The notes below the pieces were generated by a model. That model made no database searches. It was given only the letters and a program-made list of their open reading frames with translations, and was not told the origin of the DNA. A program made the translations under genes and the position numbers. Positions 24,751-32,564 of a stretch of DNA of 33,685 nucleotides are shown in pieces. Numbering within the stretch: position 1 is the first letter of the stretch; every line of letters begins with the position of its first letter. Source of the stretch: a virus (taxonomy: Duplodnaviria; Caudoviricetes); IMG/VR virus record IMGVR_UViG_3300032290_000684, positions 1-33,685 of that record. The stretch is one strand, 5' to 3'.

Positions 24751-25532
24751 ATTTTGAAAGATTTGCTGAAATGCACGGGTTAATTATTCAAAGTCTGACC
24801 TTCGACAAATGGACGAGAGTTCCTACAACGTCCCATCCACACAAGAAGAATGGTGCGTATATCTATGACGGGAAGACGGGTGCGGTGCAGAATTGGGCAG
24901 TCCATGAAAAGCCCGTGTCCTGGCGAGGAGATAGCAAGCCTGACCCAATGTGGCAACAGAAAAAGAAGATCGCTGATGCGTCTAAGCAGGAACGACAAGT
25001 CAAGGCTAGTAAGAAAGCGGGATGGATACTGAACAACGCAGAGAAGAAAGACCATCCATACCTTGCTAAGAAAGGTTTCCCCACGGAGAAAGGGTATGTA
25101 TGGAACGATCTCTTGGTTATCCCAATGCGTATCGAGGGCAGTCTGGTAGGGTGTCAATTGATAGACAAGGATGGGAACAAGAAGTTTCTCTCAGGACAGA
25201 TTACCAAGGGTGCGTCTGCCGTCTTTGACAATAAAGGATTGGACATTATCTGTGAGGGGTATGCGACCGCACTATCTATCCGTAGGACTATGAAGTTTCT
25301 CAGAAAGAGATACACGATTCATGTAGCCTTCTCTGCTGGAAATGTTTCTACTTTAGCCACGGGAATAGAGAATTGCGTGATCGTTGCTGACCATGACCCT
25401 GTCGGGATAAAGACTGCCAAATCTACGGGTAAGAAGTATTGGATCTCAGATGTAGATGGAGAAGACTTTAACGACTATGAAACAAGGGTAGGGACAGAAC
25501 AGGCAAGCCTAACCCTCTCCTCTATTTTATGA
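24747..25532 (+). CDS. TOPRIM-domain primase
   Basis: HPYL.KKG, LVIPM, Q.I..DG.K.FL.G, ICEGYATA, AFSAGN, VADHD and DFND motifs; ATGA-coupled to the helicase. Confidence 0.9.
   Translation: MNFERFAEMHGLIIQSLTFDKWTRVPTTSHPHKKNGAYIYDGKTGAVQNWAVHEKPVSWRGDSKPDPMWQQKKKIADASKQERQVKASKKAGWILNNAEKKDHPYLAKKGFPTEKGYVWNDLLVIPMRIEGSLVGCQLIDKDGNKKFLSGQITKGASAVFDNKGLDIICEGYATALSIRRTMKFLRKRYTIHVAFSAGNVSTLATGIENCVIVADHDPVGIKTAKSTGKKYWISDVDGEDFNDYETRVGTEQASLTLSSIL
25336..25351. repeat. Degenerate palindrome copy (CTGGAAATGTTTCTAC)
   Basis: Three mismatches, inside the primase gene, encoding GNVST. Confidence 0.45.
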
Positions 25533-25683
25533 CCTTGATCTTGTAGAAAATCTCAGGGAAAGTCCGCATCAATTTCCTGAGATTATCCTCATCAGCCAAG
25601 AGGCAAGCCTGACCGATTGCCTTAGCAAAGCCACCCTCTCGGTCTAGCCTGTCTACCATATGGATTAGTTCGTTTCTACTCAT
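25522..25683 (-). CDS. Small conserved phage protein, 53 aa
   Basis: Hand-translated: MSRNELIHMVDRLDREGGFAKAIGQACLLADEDNLRKLMRTFPEIFYKIKVIK. GAGG RBS. Confidence 0.7.
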   Translation of the reverse strand: MSRNELIHMVDRLDREGGFAKAIGQACLLADEDNLRKLMRTFPEIFYKIKVIK

Positions 25684-25906
25684 TGGGATCGACCTCTTCT
25701 ATTCCATATACTTCTACGATCTCCCAATCTTCTACATCCATGGGACTAGCAACATCCATCCCGTATTCTTCGGGATCTTCCCCATTCGGACAGTCCACTT
25801 CTACATATACTGTGCCACTATATTTGACAGTCATTCCATATCTTTTCATTTCTTTTCTCCCAAGTTTCTGTATAAATTCTTTATCAAACTGCACGACCCA
25901 ATTCAT
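25676..25906 (-). CDS. Hypothetical acidic protein
   Basis: ORF track; alternative start MKRYG at 25849 with a GGGAG RBS. Confidence 0.65.
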   Translation of the reverse strand: MNWVVQFDKEFIQKLGRKEMKRYGMTVKYSGTVYVEVDCPNGEDPEEYGMDVASPMDVEDWEIVEVYGIEEVDPNE

Positions 25907-26124
25907 GCGACCTCCGCAATCCTAAATTCTTCTGGTCTGTATTTGGTTTCCAACCAACCCTGTTGATATGCCTCATGCACATCATCAAAAAACTCGTCTA
26001 GGGCATCTATTGCATCTTCATAACTATCAAAGTATTCGGGTTCAGAATTCCCGTTATCCTGTTCAACAGTCCATGTATTGACCCACCCATCACATACAGT
26101 ATAGGTTTGTATCTCGTATCTCAT
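25903..26124 (-). CDS. Hypothetical acidic early protein
   Basis: MRYEIQTYTVCDGWVNTW..FDSYEDA..FRI; ATGA-coupled start at 26124. Confidence 0.75.
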   Translation of the reverse strand: MRYEIQTYTVCDGWVNTWTVEQDNGNSEPEYFDSYEDAIDALDEFFDDVHEAYQQGWLETKYRPEEFRIAEVA

Positions 26125-26513
26125 AATTTGTCCCATCTTTGATAATTGTCTAAAAGATCTTTGAGCAACATAAGATCTGTATGTTTATCTAATAAACTTT
26201 TAATTTCTAAGGCGTCATCCCTGTCCATGCACACTTCAAAAGTAAACCAACCTGAACCATCTTCTTTATTTATTTTGTTGTGCATATGATAGATATTGGT
26301 CGCACTTTGTAGCATATTGTCTAATGTATCTAAACGCATCATGTCTGGATCGCAGTCGTTCTCTTCTGAAATATCTGTTGCCTTTTCCCATGCCTGATCC
26401 CAACCCTTGTTCCAATCGGTCATATCAAACTCACCAAGATATTTCACATCACCATCTTCTAATTCAACTGCCATACAAACAGATCTTTTCATATCTTCTA
26501 GGGTATATGTCAT
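26121..26513 (-). CDS. Hypothetical acidic protein
   Basis: Likely start MTYTL at 26513 (AGGAGGAG upstream, ATGA overlap). Confidence 0.7.
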   Translation of the reverse strand: MTYTLEDMKRSVCMAVELEDGDVKYLGEFDMTDWNKGWDQAWEKATDISEENDCDPDMMRLDTLDNMLQSATNIYHMHNKINKEDGSGWFTFEVCMDRDDALEIKSLLDKHTDLMLLKDLLDNYQRWDKL

Positions 26514-26749
26514 AATGATTTCAACTCCTCCTTGGTTAATGACGGCAGATCTATCCAATGCGAGTAATCGTCCATGCCATTCTTGCCAACCTCGTAAACA
26601 TTTATATGGAAGATATCGTTTTCGTTGTAGTCATGAACATTGATCGTGTATTCGGGAATGCCATACCACCAATCCCGATCCTTTAAGATCTCGTGCTTGT
26701 GTTTCTTGATTAGATACAAGACCACATACTCAAGTTCTTTACTAGGCAT
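26510..26749 (-). CDS. Hypothetical protein
   Basis: 79 aa, GGAGG RBS. Confidence 0.7.
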   Translation of the reverse strand: MPSKELEYVVLYLIKKHKHEILKDRDWWYGIPEYTINVHDYNENDIFHINVYEVGKNGMDDYSHWIDLPSLTKEELKSL

Positions 26750-27179
26750 GGCTTTCCTCCTTGGGGAAGATCCATTCTGGTGATGCGTCTATGGATCTCT
26801 GACGATCTTCCGCAGTCTTATACCACTCGACATCAAAGATCTCGTTGCCGTCTATGTCATCCGATAGTTCTATCCCGTAAGGATATTCCTCATGGCTAAG
26901 GTCATCCACTAAAAATGCGTAGGTAGGTTTGTTAAAGTTATCCCCTACGATTGCACTAATCATGTCCCAATTGATGCCGATACATGGGTCATGGTATTTG
27001 CCAATCAATCCTAAACATTCCCGTGCCTGTCCTTCTGTAAGCCACTCATGCTCACCACGGATATCATCCGTATGCCACCAATCTGCGACCCAATCAGGGC
27101 TAGTCAATCTCTTGACATCATCTATATCAGGGATCTCCTGATCGTCAGGCAGATCAAACTCAAGCACGACTCTTTTCAT
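26742..27179 (-). CDS. Hypothetical acidic protein
   Basis: Likely start MKRVV at 27179 (AGGAG RBS); W..DDI......LT..QA.E.L......HD...GINWD pattern. Confidence 0.75.
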   Translation of the reverse strand: MKRVVLEFDLPDDQEIPDIDDVKRLTSPDWVADWWHTDDIRGEHEWLTEGQARECLGLIGKYHDPCIGINWDMISAIVGDNFNKPTYAFLVDDLSHEEYPYGIELSDDIDGNEIFDVEWYKTAEDRQRSIDASPEWIFPKEESHA

Positions 27180-27327
27180 TTCGTTCTCCTTCTTTAGCAA
27201 GATATTGAATGACCTGAGAATAAGACGGGGTAAAACCCATCTGCTCGGTCAGCGTTTCCCTTAACTTGGTCAATAGATCCATGGTTTCAGGGTTAATAGA
27301 CACATTAACTTTCTTCGGTTTCTGCAT
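27160..27327 (-). CDS. Ribbon-helix-helix-type protein, 55 aa
   Basis: MQKPKKVNVSINPETMDLL..L......GFTPSYSQVIQYL; GGAGG RBS. Confidence 0.65.
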   Translation of the reverse strand: MQKPKKVNVSINPETMDLLTKLRETLTEQMGFTPSYSQVIQYLAKEGERNEKSRA

Positions 27328-27901
27328 TTTCTTCCTCCCACTCTGCCATGTTCCATGAGATACAAAACTCCTCATCTATCTCGGATGGAATATTCTTTTT
27401 TACCCACTTTGAATTGCCTTTGATTTCGTAGTATTCTTCATTCCCGTTATCCCAGATACCGCAAAAGCAACAACCGCCCTCGTAATACAAGGCTCTGATC
27501 TCAAACCCCATGTCGCACAATTTTTCGTATGCCTCGGTAGGTGGACTCCATGCAGAATCAAAACCAATCTTGACAGTATTATTTTTGATGTCTTTCATGG
27601 TTAGTTTTTCGTAAGAATCGTTGCGACCAATGTCCCACTTAGTCCCCCATTCTCCCACGCAAAAACTATACCAATCGGTATAACCAAAAAACTCTCGGTT
27701 CAGTTGTTGCATAGACTCCAAGAGTCTTTGCTCATAACTTTCTTTAGAGCCGACAGTTCCCGATACTGTGTCATATAACTGCTTGGGGACGGGAATAAAC
27801 TCACCCAACAATCCGTTTTCGTTGTATCCCTTTATGACCCGTTTCATCATGGTCTTGTCTTTATGGGAAATAGTTAGGGTATTACTGCACCAATTAGGCA
27901 T
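27305..27901 (-). CDS. DUF1281/YubB-like ferredoxin-fold protein
   Basis: MPNWCSN..DWY.F....WGTKWD..FDSAWSPP..YYE.G..FCG signature; AGGAG RBS. Confidence 0.85.
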   Translation of the reverse strand: MPNWCSNTLTISHKDKTMMKRVIKGYNENGLLGEFIPVPKQLYDTVSGTVGSKESYEQRLLESMQQLNREFFGYTDWYSFCVGEWGTKWDIGRNDSYEKLTMKDIKNNTVKIGFDSAWSPPTEAYEKLCDMGFEIRALYYEGGCCFCGIWDNGNEEYYEIKGNSKWVKKNIPSEIDEEFCISWNMAEWEEENAETEES

Positions 27902-27911
27902 TTGCGTTCTC

Positions 27912-28088
27912 CTATGCAATTAAGTTTTCAAAAGTTTTTTTAATCTGCTCATCATTCCATTTGGTGAATCCACCTTCAGCAAAAAATCTTACTGAGTTAT
28001 TCACCTCATCATGAGTAGCATTACCACCGACCAACCAATCTAATTCGTTGCGTGTTATTACCATAAGCATTTCTAAACGATCAGGCAT
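27912..28088 (-). CDS. Hypothetical protein, 58 aa
   Basis: Hand-translated: MPDRLEMLMVITRNELDWLVGGNATHDEVNNSVRFFAEGGFTKWNDEQIKKTFENLIA. Fills the operon gap. Confidence 0.6.
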   Translation of the reverse strand: MPDRLEMLMVITRNELDWLVGGNATHDEVNNSVRFFAEGGFTKWNDEQIKKTFENLIA

Positions 28089-28236
28089 CTTCTTTCTCCT
28101 CTACTCTTATGTGTTCAGGTATATCAAAATGATCCCATGTAGATTCTTCATGGGCTTTAACGATTGCATCATCTTGGTTATCTGCCTCAACATCCACATA
28201 CCCATACGACACAAACACGACTGTGTAATTAGGCAT
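28081..28236 (-). CDS. Small protein (V.VEA...DA motif), 51 aa
   Basis: MPNYTVVFVSYGYVDVEADNQDDAIVKA; GAGGAG RBS before 28236. Confidence 0.7.
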   Translation of the reverse strand: MPNYTVVFVSYGYVDVEADNQDDAIVKAHEESTWDHFDIPEHIRVEEKEDA

Positions 28237-28516
28237 ACTCACTCTCCTCTCCGTATTCAACATCAAAAATACAAGGATTCTCTTTATCAATCTCAACAAT
28301 CGTAAAGTCCTCCCCATCATTCAATACATCCCCGACCTTTAACGACTGCATTTCTTCTTCGGTCAGGTAAAAATAAATTTTTTCGTCTGCCCAACTGTCG
28401 TAATAGGCATCTTCTGGGTGGTCTTCTTGGACAACTCCCAATAAAACACTTGCGTTATCTCCCAACCAATCACAAGTAATGACTGCGTTATATGCTTTTA
28501 TATTCATCTTAGGCAC
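28229..28516 (-). CDS. Hypothetical acidic protein
   Basis: 95 aa, GAGGAG RBS, GTG start. Confidence 0.7.
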   Translation of the reverse strand: MPKMNIKAYNAVITCDWLGDNASVLLGVVQEDHPEDAYYDSWADEKIYFYLTEEEMQSLKVGDVLNDGEDFTIVEIDKENPCIFDVEYGEESEYA

Positions 28517-28688
28517 TTGCTTTCTCCTCTTTAGAAATTACAAAGTAATAGGTGCTATAACATTTTGGGCATACCACCTCTGCCTCATCCTGTCCATCTA
28601 TCTCATGCTCTGCATGGGTAAATCCAACATGATGACAATCTAGGCATATGTTTTCTATGTCATCTTCTACCTCGTAGTATTTAGACAC
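28509..28688 (-). CDS. Small zinc-ribbon protein, 59 aa
   Basis: Hand-translated from GTG: MSKYYEVEDDIENICLDCHHVGFTHAEHEIDGQDEAEVVCPKCYSTYYFVISKEEKASA (CxxC..CxxC); GGGAG RBS. Confidence 0.7.
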   Translation of the reverse strand: MSKYYEVEDDIENICLDCHHVGFTHAEHEIDGQDEAEVVCPKCYSTYYFVISKEEKASA

Positions 28689-28842
28689 TCTGTTTCTCCC
28701 TTGTGCTTTTCATTGATAACAATTTCCCATACCGCATCTTGTCTGCCAAATACCAATCCTGATATTCGGTCTTCGTCTGCCTGTAATACCAATCTATTTG
28801 GTTCATTTCTTTTTGGATTTCTTCAATCGTCTTCTTCGCCAT
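28681..28842 (-). CDS. Hypothetical protein, 53 aa
   Basis: Likely start MAKKT at 28842 with an AAGGAG RBS. Confidence 0.65.
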   Translation of the reverse strand: MAKKTIEEIQKEMNQIDWYYRQTKTEYQDWYLADKMRYGKLLSMKSTREKQSV

Positions 28843-29020
28843 TGTTTCTCTCCTTAAATCCACACACACATAAATAGACCCCATCACACTCAGGATCAAA
28901 CCCAAAACTCTTGGCTAAATCTTCCCAATCCCTCGGCACAATCTCAGGATCTACATACATCCATCCGCCTCTAGGTAAGACTGTGTATCCTGATTCTTCA
29001 ACCTCTTTTTTAGTAAGCAT
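28823..29020 (-). CDS. Hypothetical protein
   Basis: 65 aa, GAGG RBS. Confidence 0.7.
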   Translation of the reverse strand: MLTKKEVEESGYTVLPRGGWMYVDPEIVPRDWEDLAKSFGFDPECDGVYLCVCGFKERNNGEEDD

Positions 29021-29251
29021 TTATAACCTCGGATCTTGGTGAGCAACATCATCATCAGGTTCAAGTTCAGGGTATCTAACCCATGTCGAACCCAATACAT
29101 CCCCATACACACTAAAAATATCCACGACCACTCCCTCCTCATCAAACTTGATCGAGATATAACCACCTGCTTTGCCGTTCTTATCGAAATTGATCGCCAA
29201 TAAATCGTTGTCCAATTCGTCAATGCTGATATCAAATCCGTGTTTATTCAT
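29021..29251 (-). CDS. Hypothetical acidic protein
   Basis: Likely start MNKHG at 29251 (AAGGAG RBS); I.IK.DEEGVVVDI motif. Confidence 0.7.
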   Translation of the reverse strand: MNKHGFDISIDELDNDLLAINFDKNGKAGGYISIKFDEEGVVVDIFSVYGDVLGSTWVRYPELEPDDDVAHQDPRL

Positions 29252-29262
29252 AACCATCTCCT

Positions 29263-29511
29263 TTACATTACGGGCAAGCAACTCTCTTTATCATCAGAGG
29301 TAAACAATGCACCCCCACCATTTCCCTCGTCATCTCTACTTGGGAAGAACCATAATCCGTCTTCGGTTTGGAATGCCACAACCCTTTCATACCATCCCAT
29401 GTTTTCCGACTCCTCTTTAGTTAGGTATCTGACATCCACAATCTTTTTATTTAATAAAAGACCTTTAGCAACCTTGTCCCAATGCTTTTCTATATCCTTA
29501 ATTACATTCAT
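29263..29511 (-). CDS. Conserved hypothetical early protein
   Basis: Likely start MNVIK at 29511; KIVDVRY.T.EE...MGW..PSRDDEGNGGGALF motif. Confidence 0.75.
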   Translation of the reverse strand: MNVIKDIEKHWDKVAKGLLLNKKIVDVRYLTKEESENMGWYERVVAFQTEDGLWFFPSRDDEGNGGGALFTSDDKESCLPVM

Positions 29512-29521
29512 TACTTTCTCC

Positions 29522-30004
29522 TTAGTATTTAAAGCGTTTACCATCTACATCAAACTCGTATTCATTCACAATGAGCATTTCATCTACTGCCTCATCTGAA
29601 TCCTGATACTCCATGTCCTTCACAATGTCCCGAACCGCCACATTTATTGCCTCGTTAAATGCTCTTAGGGGATCTCCCGTTTCCTTCCATGTATCGTGGA
29701 ATGTTTCCCATAAGGTGCAGTCTAGGCAATACCCCGTAGGCGTCTGATGCCGATCAAAATCTTTTAACTTGCGACCACGGAAATGGTGATTCTCAACATC
29801 TGTATCCATAAAACTGTAATTGCATGGGCTTACTGAATAATCCTTAATCTCCACCCCGAACTCATTACAAAATGACCGAATGGATTTAAGGGAATCTCCC
29901 CACCATGGGTAATCATTACCCTCTCTAAACCATGATCGAGCATTGTCTTTAGCACTATCGGATAACTCCTCGAACTTATAAACACAAACTTCTACTATCT
30001 CCAT
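29522..30004 (-). CDS. Conserved phage/plasmid early protein of unknown function
   Basis: VYKFEELSD.AK.NAR.W..TGYC.D..EYQDSDEAVDE....NEYEF..DG; GAGGAG RBS. Confidence 0.75.
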   Translation of the reverse strand: MEIVEVCVYKFEELSDSAKDNARSWFREGNDYPWWGDSLKSIRSFCNEFGVEIKDYSVSPCNYSFMDTDVENHHFRGRKLKDFDRHQTPTGYCLDCTLWETFHDTWKETGDPLRAFNEAINVAVRDIVKDMEYQDSDEAVDEMLIVNEYEFDVDGKRFKY

Positions 30005-30052
30005 GACCTTCTCCTCTTGTGTTGCAATATGTTAATCGGATATATATCTTGT

Positions 30053-30082
30053 ATTGTAGGACACAATTTACCACCATGTCCA
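30053..30082 (-). promoter_or_regulatory. Probable internal sigma70-type promoter
   Basis: TGGACA (30082-30077), 18 bp, TACAAT (30058-30053) in the only sizeable gap of the early array. Confidence 0.45.
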
Positions 30083-30091
30083 TATAGGGAT

Positions 30092-30226
30092 TTACCCTAA
30101 GCCTGACCCTCTTAAAAACTTTATGAAATCCGCCCTATCCCGTCTGCGTTTCTCCGCCTCTCGTAAGGGTTTGGCATATAGAATGCTCTTGATCTTGAGC
30201 ATATAGCAGTCTTTTATTGCGTTCAT
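30092..30226 (-). CDS. Small basic protein, 44 aa
   Basis: MNAIKDCYMLK..RGSGLG; start follows TAGGAGAGGGTCAGGG. Confidence 0.55.
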   Translation of the reverse strand: MNAIKDCYMLKIKSILYAKPLREAEKRRRDRADFIKFLRGSGLG

Positions 30227-30242
30227 CCCTGACCCTCTCCTA

Positions 30243-30404
30243 TTATTTGTGAATGTTTTCGGAATTAAAAAGCGACCTTCCAAGATCAATCAATGCCTGA
30301 CCCTGTGCCTCTGTCATGCCTCTATGCTCGGCAAATAGGGCAGGGGTAAGGTAATTGTTTTTAAAATCTAGGTATTCCGATATTAAAAATTCTCTCGTGT
30401 CCAT
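30243..30404 (-). CDS. Small protein, 53 aa
   Basis: MDTREFLISEYLDFKNNYLT..FAEH.G......ALI; start follows TAGGAGAGGGTCAGGC. Confidence 0.75.
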   Translation of the reverse strand: MDTREFLISEYLDFKNNYLTPALFAEHRGMTEAQGQALIDLGRSLFNSENIHK

Positions 30405-30417
30405 GCCTGACCCTCTC

Positions 30418-30789
30418 CTAAATTTTGCCCAAATCGCCACGGATTTTGCATTGTCTAGCGATCTCCTCGGCGTTGCAGTTCAGGGCAAAATAATGCTCTA
30501 AACCTTGGTAAATTTTGGGTAAATCTTCTGGGCGTGGGTCTGTCATGATGTCTTCAATCAATGCTTTAACCTGTGCCTCTCGGATTTCTCTAGGCGTTTC
30601 CGTGAAAAAATCCGCCTCTTTCCCGTTCATGGTTTGCTTATCGCTATGGGTTAGCCCTATGGTATATCCATTAAATGAGCATACGATTAGATATTGTCCG
30701 ATCTTATCCTGTATAACCTCATAATTTTTATTGCCGTGGTAAACCTTGCGACCCTCTGCAATTGCGTCTTTAATTTCCTGTAATGTCAT
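30418..30789 (-). CDS. Hypothetical protein
   Basis: 123 aa; MTLQEIKDAI.EG.KV......YEVI.D..GQYLI....NGY.IGLT. Confidence 0.75.
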   Translation of the reverse strand: MTLQEIKDAIAEGRKVYHGNKNYEVIQDKIGQYLIVCSFNGYTIGLTHSDKQTMNGKEADFFTETPREIREAQVKALIEDIMTDPRPEDLPKIYQGLEHYFALNCNAEEIARQCKIRGDLGKI

Positions 30790-30970
30790 TTTCTACCCTC
30801 TCCCGTTTTTTAATTAGTCTGTGAGCATATTCGGGCATATTGTCCCGATATTCTGTAAGCCGTTGCCGTGCCTCTGCTCGTGTGGTTTCTGCCGTTTCGT
30901 CTTCCCATTGTCCGCAGTAAAGACCTTGCACAATAAATAAATCGGTGGTTTTCCTTTGATACATAATCAA
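30770..30970 (-). CDS. Hypothetical protein
   Basis: 66 aa; VQG.Y...WED......EA...L.EY..N.P...R...KR; GGAGG RBS. Confidence 0.7.
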   Translation of the reverse strand: MIMYQRKTTDLFIVQGLYCGQWEDETAETTRAEARQRLTEYRDNMPEYAHRLIKKRERVENDITGN

Positions 30971-31173
30971 ACCTCCTTTGCTTGTTTAATTTGGTCTTCT
31001 GTGGGATCAATCAAACCCCACCATTCAAGATGCCCATACTTTTTATTAGTCTTGGCTATGTCATAACAAACTACATCAGCATACGGGGACAAAAATTTAG
31101 CGATTTGTCCCTCATACTGTGGGCGTGTGGGTGCATTCGTCCCCCCGTTTAAATACTCTTTGCCTTTTCTCAT
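30967..31173 (-). CDS. Hypothetical protein
   Basis: 68 aa, ATGA-coupled. Confidence 0.65.
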   Translation of the reverse strand: MRKGKEYLNGGTNAPTRPQYEGQIAKFLSPYADVVCYDIAKTNKKYGHLEWWGLIDPTEDQIKQAKEV

Positions 31174-31361
31174 GCCGTCCCCCCGTTAATTGTGGCGTTT
31201 TCAATTTTTGCCCAAGTCTTATTCTTTAATTCCATCAGGATTAGACGCCTAGCCAATTGGCTAGTATTTAGGTCTAGTTCTTTGCAATATGCGTCTAAAT
31301 CTCTTTTTTGATCTACTGACATCAAAAGGCTAACATGGGCAAATTTTTCTTTTTTATTCAT
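31170..31361 (-). CDS. Ribbon-helix-helix (CopG-like) protein
   Basis: HVSLLMSVDQKRDLDAYCKELDLNTSQLARRLI pattern. Confidence 0.7.
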   Translation of the reverse strand: MNKKEKFAHVSLLMSVDQKRDLDAYCKELDLNTSQLARRLILMELKNKTWAKIENATINGGTA

Positions 31362-31370
31362 GATCCCCCC

Positions 31371-31769
31371 TTAGATCCATTCATGCCGTAAAGCATACCC
31401 ATCATTAAATAGACGATAACCAAGCCCATGCACAAGGTGGTAGCCCATATCCATACCGCACCCCCCAACCTTATAGCCGTCTTTTGGGGGTTCTTCCCCT
31501 CTGAGATAAGCAAAATACCCCGATAAGTAGATTTTTTTGTTATCTTTAAAGGTGTATAGATCAATCCGCCTTTGCATTCCTGAACGGGAAACATGGCGTA
31601 GAACTGTATAAACAATATCTTCAGGTTTTAAGATCTTTAATAATGATTCTTTGGCACTCTCCGCCATTAGTCGCTTACCCTCTGCATTGGTTAGGATCTC
31701 GCACCCTTCCCAATTTTGGGGGTTATCGGTCTGCATTACAAAGCCGTCTTTTAGTCGAATGTATTTCAT
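31371..31769 (-). CDS. Conserved hypothetical early protein
   Basis: LKP.D.VYTVLRHVSRSGMQRRI..VGGCGMDMG.HLV motif; AGGAG RBS. Confidence 0.8.
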   Translation of the reverse strand: MKYIRLKDGFVMQTDNPQNWEGCEILTNAEGKRLMAESAKESLLKILKPEDIVYTVLRHVSRSGMQRRIDLYTFKDNKKIYLSGYFAYLRGEEPPKDGYKVGGCGMDMGYHLVHGLGYRLFNDGYALRHEWI

Positions 31770-31782
31770 TTTTTAGACTCCT

Positions 31783-32091
31783 TTAAAGGTCAATAGTTAA
31801 TTGTTTAAAACTGATACCGCCTACAAACTTCTCTAAACTTGTGGAATAGTCGCTAATGATGTCTAACCCGTCATTAAAGTAATTGATGGCTATAAACCCG
31901 ATTTGCTCGTTTTTACTTTGCAAAACCAAATCCACGCAATCGTAAGCAAAGGCACTCTCCAAGATGTCCGCTAGTTTGTCAGTCGGTTCAATGTCTGCCG
32001 AATCGTCAGCATATGCACCCACCAATAAACCCGCATTTAATGCAGTCTTTACGATTCTTTCCGTTATTGCTTTCTCTACTGTCGTAAGCAT
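31783..32091 (-). CDS. Hypothetical protein
   Basis: 102 aa; E..I...IV..AL.AG..NDG.D.ISDYS; AGGAG RBS. Confidence 0.75.
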   Translation of the reverse strand: MLTTVEKAITERIVKTALNAGLLVGAYADDSADIEPTDKLADILESAFAYDCVDLVLQSKNEQIGFIAINYFNDGLDIISDYSTSLEKFVGGISFKQLTIDL

Positions 32092-32104
32092 ATAAATTCT
32101 CCTT

Positions 32105-32290
32105 TTAAGCGTTTGCTAAGAAATATTCTGAATGCTCTTTAACCCAATTCAATGCCTCGGCAATAGATCCAAAATAACAACCTTGCCCATTGAATATCAC
32201 ATTGAATAAAGGCTCTCCGTTAGATTGAGTTTTTAGATCAATGTAGTAGACGCCTAGGTCAGTTTTAATTGTTGCGTTAAATGATTTCAT
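32105..32290 (-). CDS. Hypothetical protein (first gene of the early array)
   Basis: 61 aa, AAGGA RBS. Confidence 0.65.
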   Translation of the reverse strand: MKSFNATIKTDLGVYYIDLKTQSNGEPLFNVIFNGQGCYFGSIAEALNWVKEHSEYFLANA

Positions 32291-32357
32291 GTCATTCCTT
32301 TATCTATAAGGGTTTAAGGGGTTAAATACCATATAAGCAAAAGCATTATATATGGTG

Positions 32358-32385
32358 ATCTTATCATACTTAACGGGCTTGTAAA
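32358..32385 (-). promoter_or_regulatory. Probable early promoter
   Basis: TTTACA (32385-32380), 16 bp, then TAAGAT (32363-32358) with a TGn extension; a TATAAT lies a few bases downstream. Confidence 0.45.
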
Positions 32386-32564
32386 TACTTTTGTTTACTA
32401 TTTCCCACTATTTAACACCTATGACATACCCTAATGTTTATTCATACAGTAATGGGTTTGCATACAGTAAAGAATCGGTATATGATTTGTTCTCATGTTA
32501 GACCTATGATTTACCACCGATTTACATAACCAAGATAAACCTAAAAAGACCGCAATTTATACAT

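Noticed and set aside
25549-25584. Inverted repeat AATCTCAGG/CCTGAGATT after the primase
   Set aside because: Lies in a convergent CDS with no good U-tract; terminator function is unsupported.
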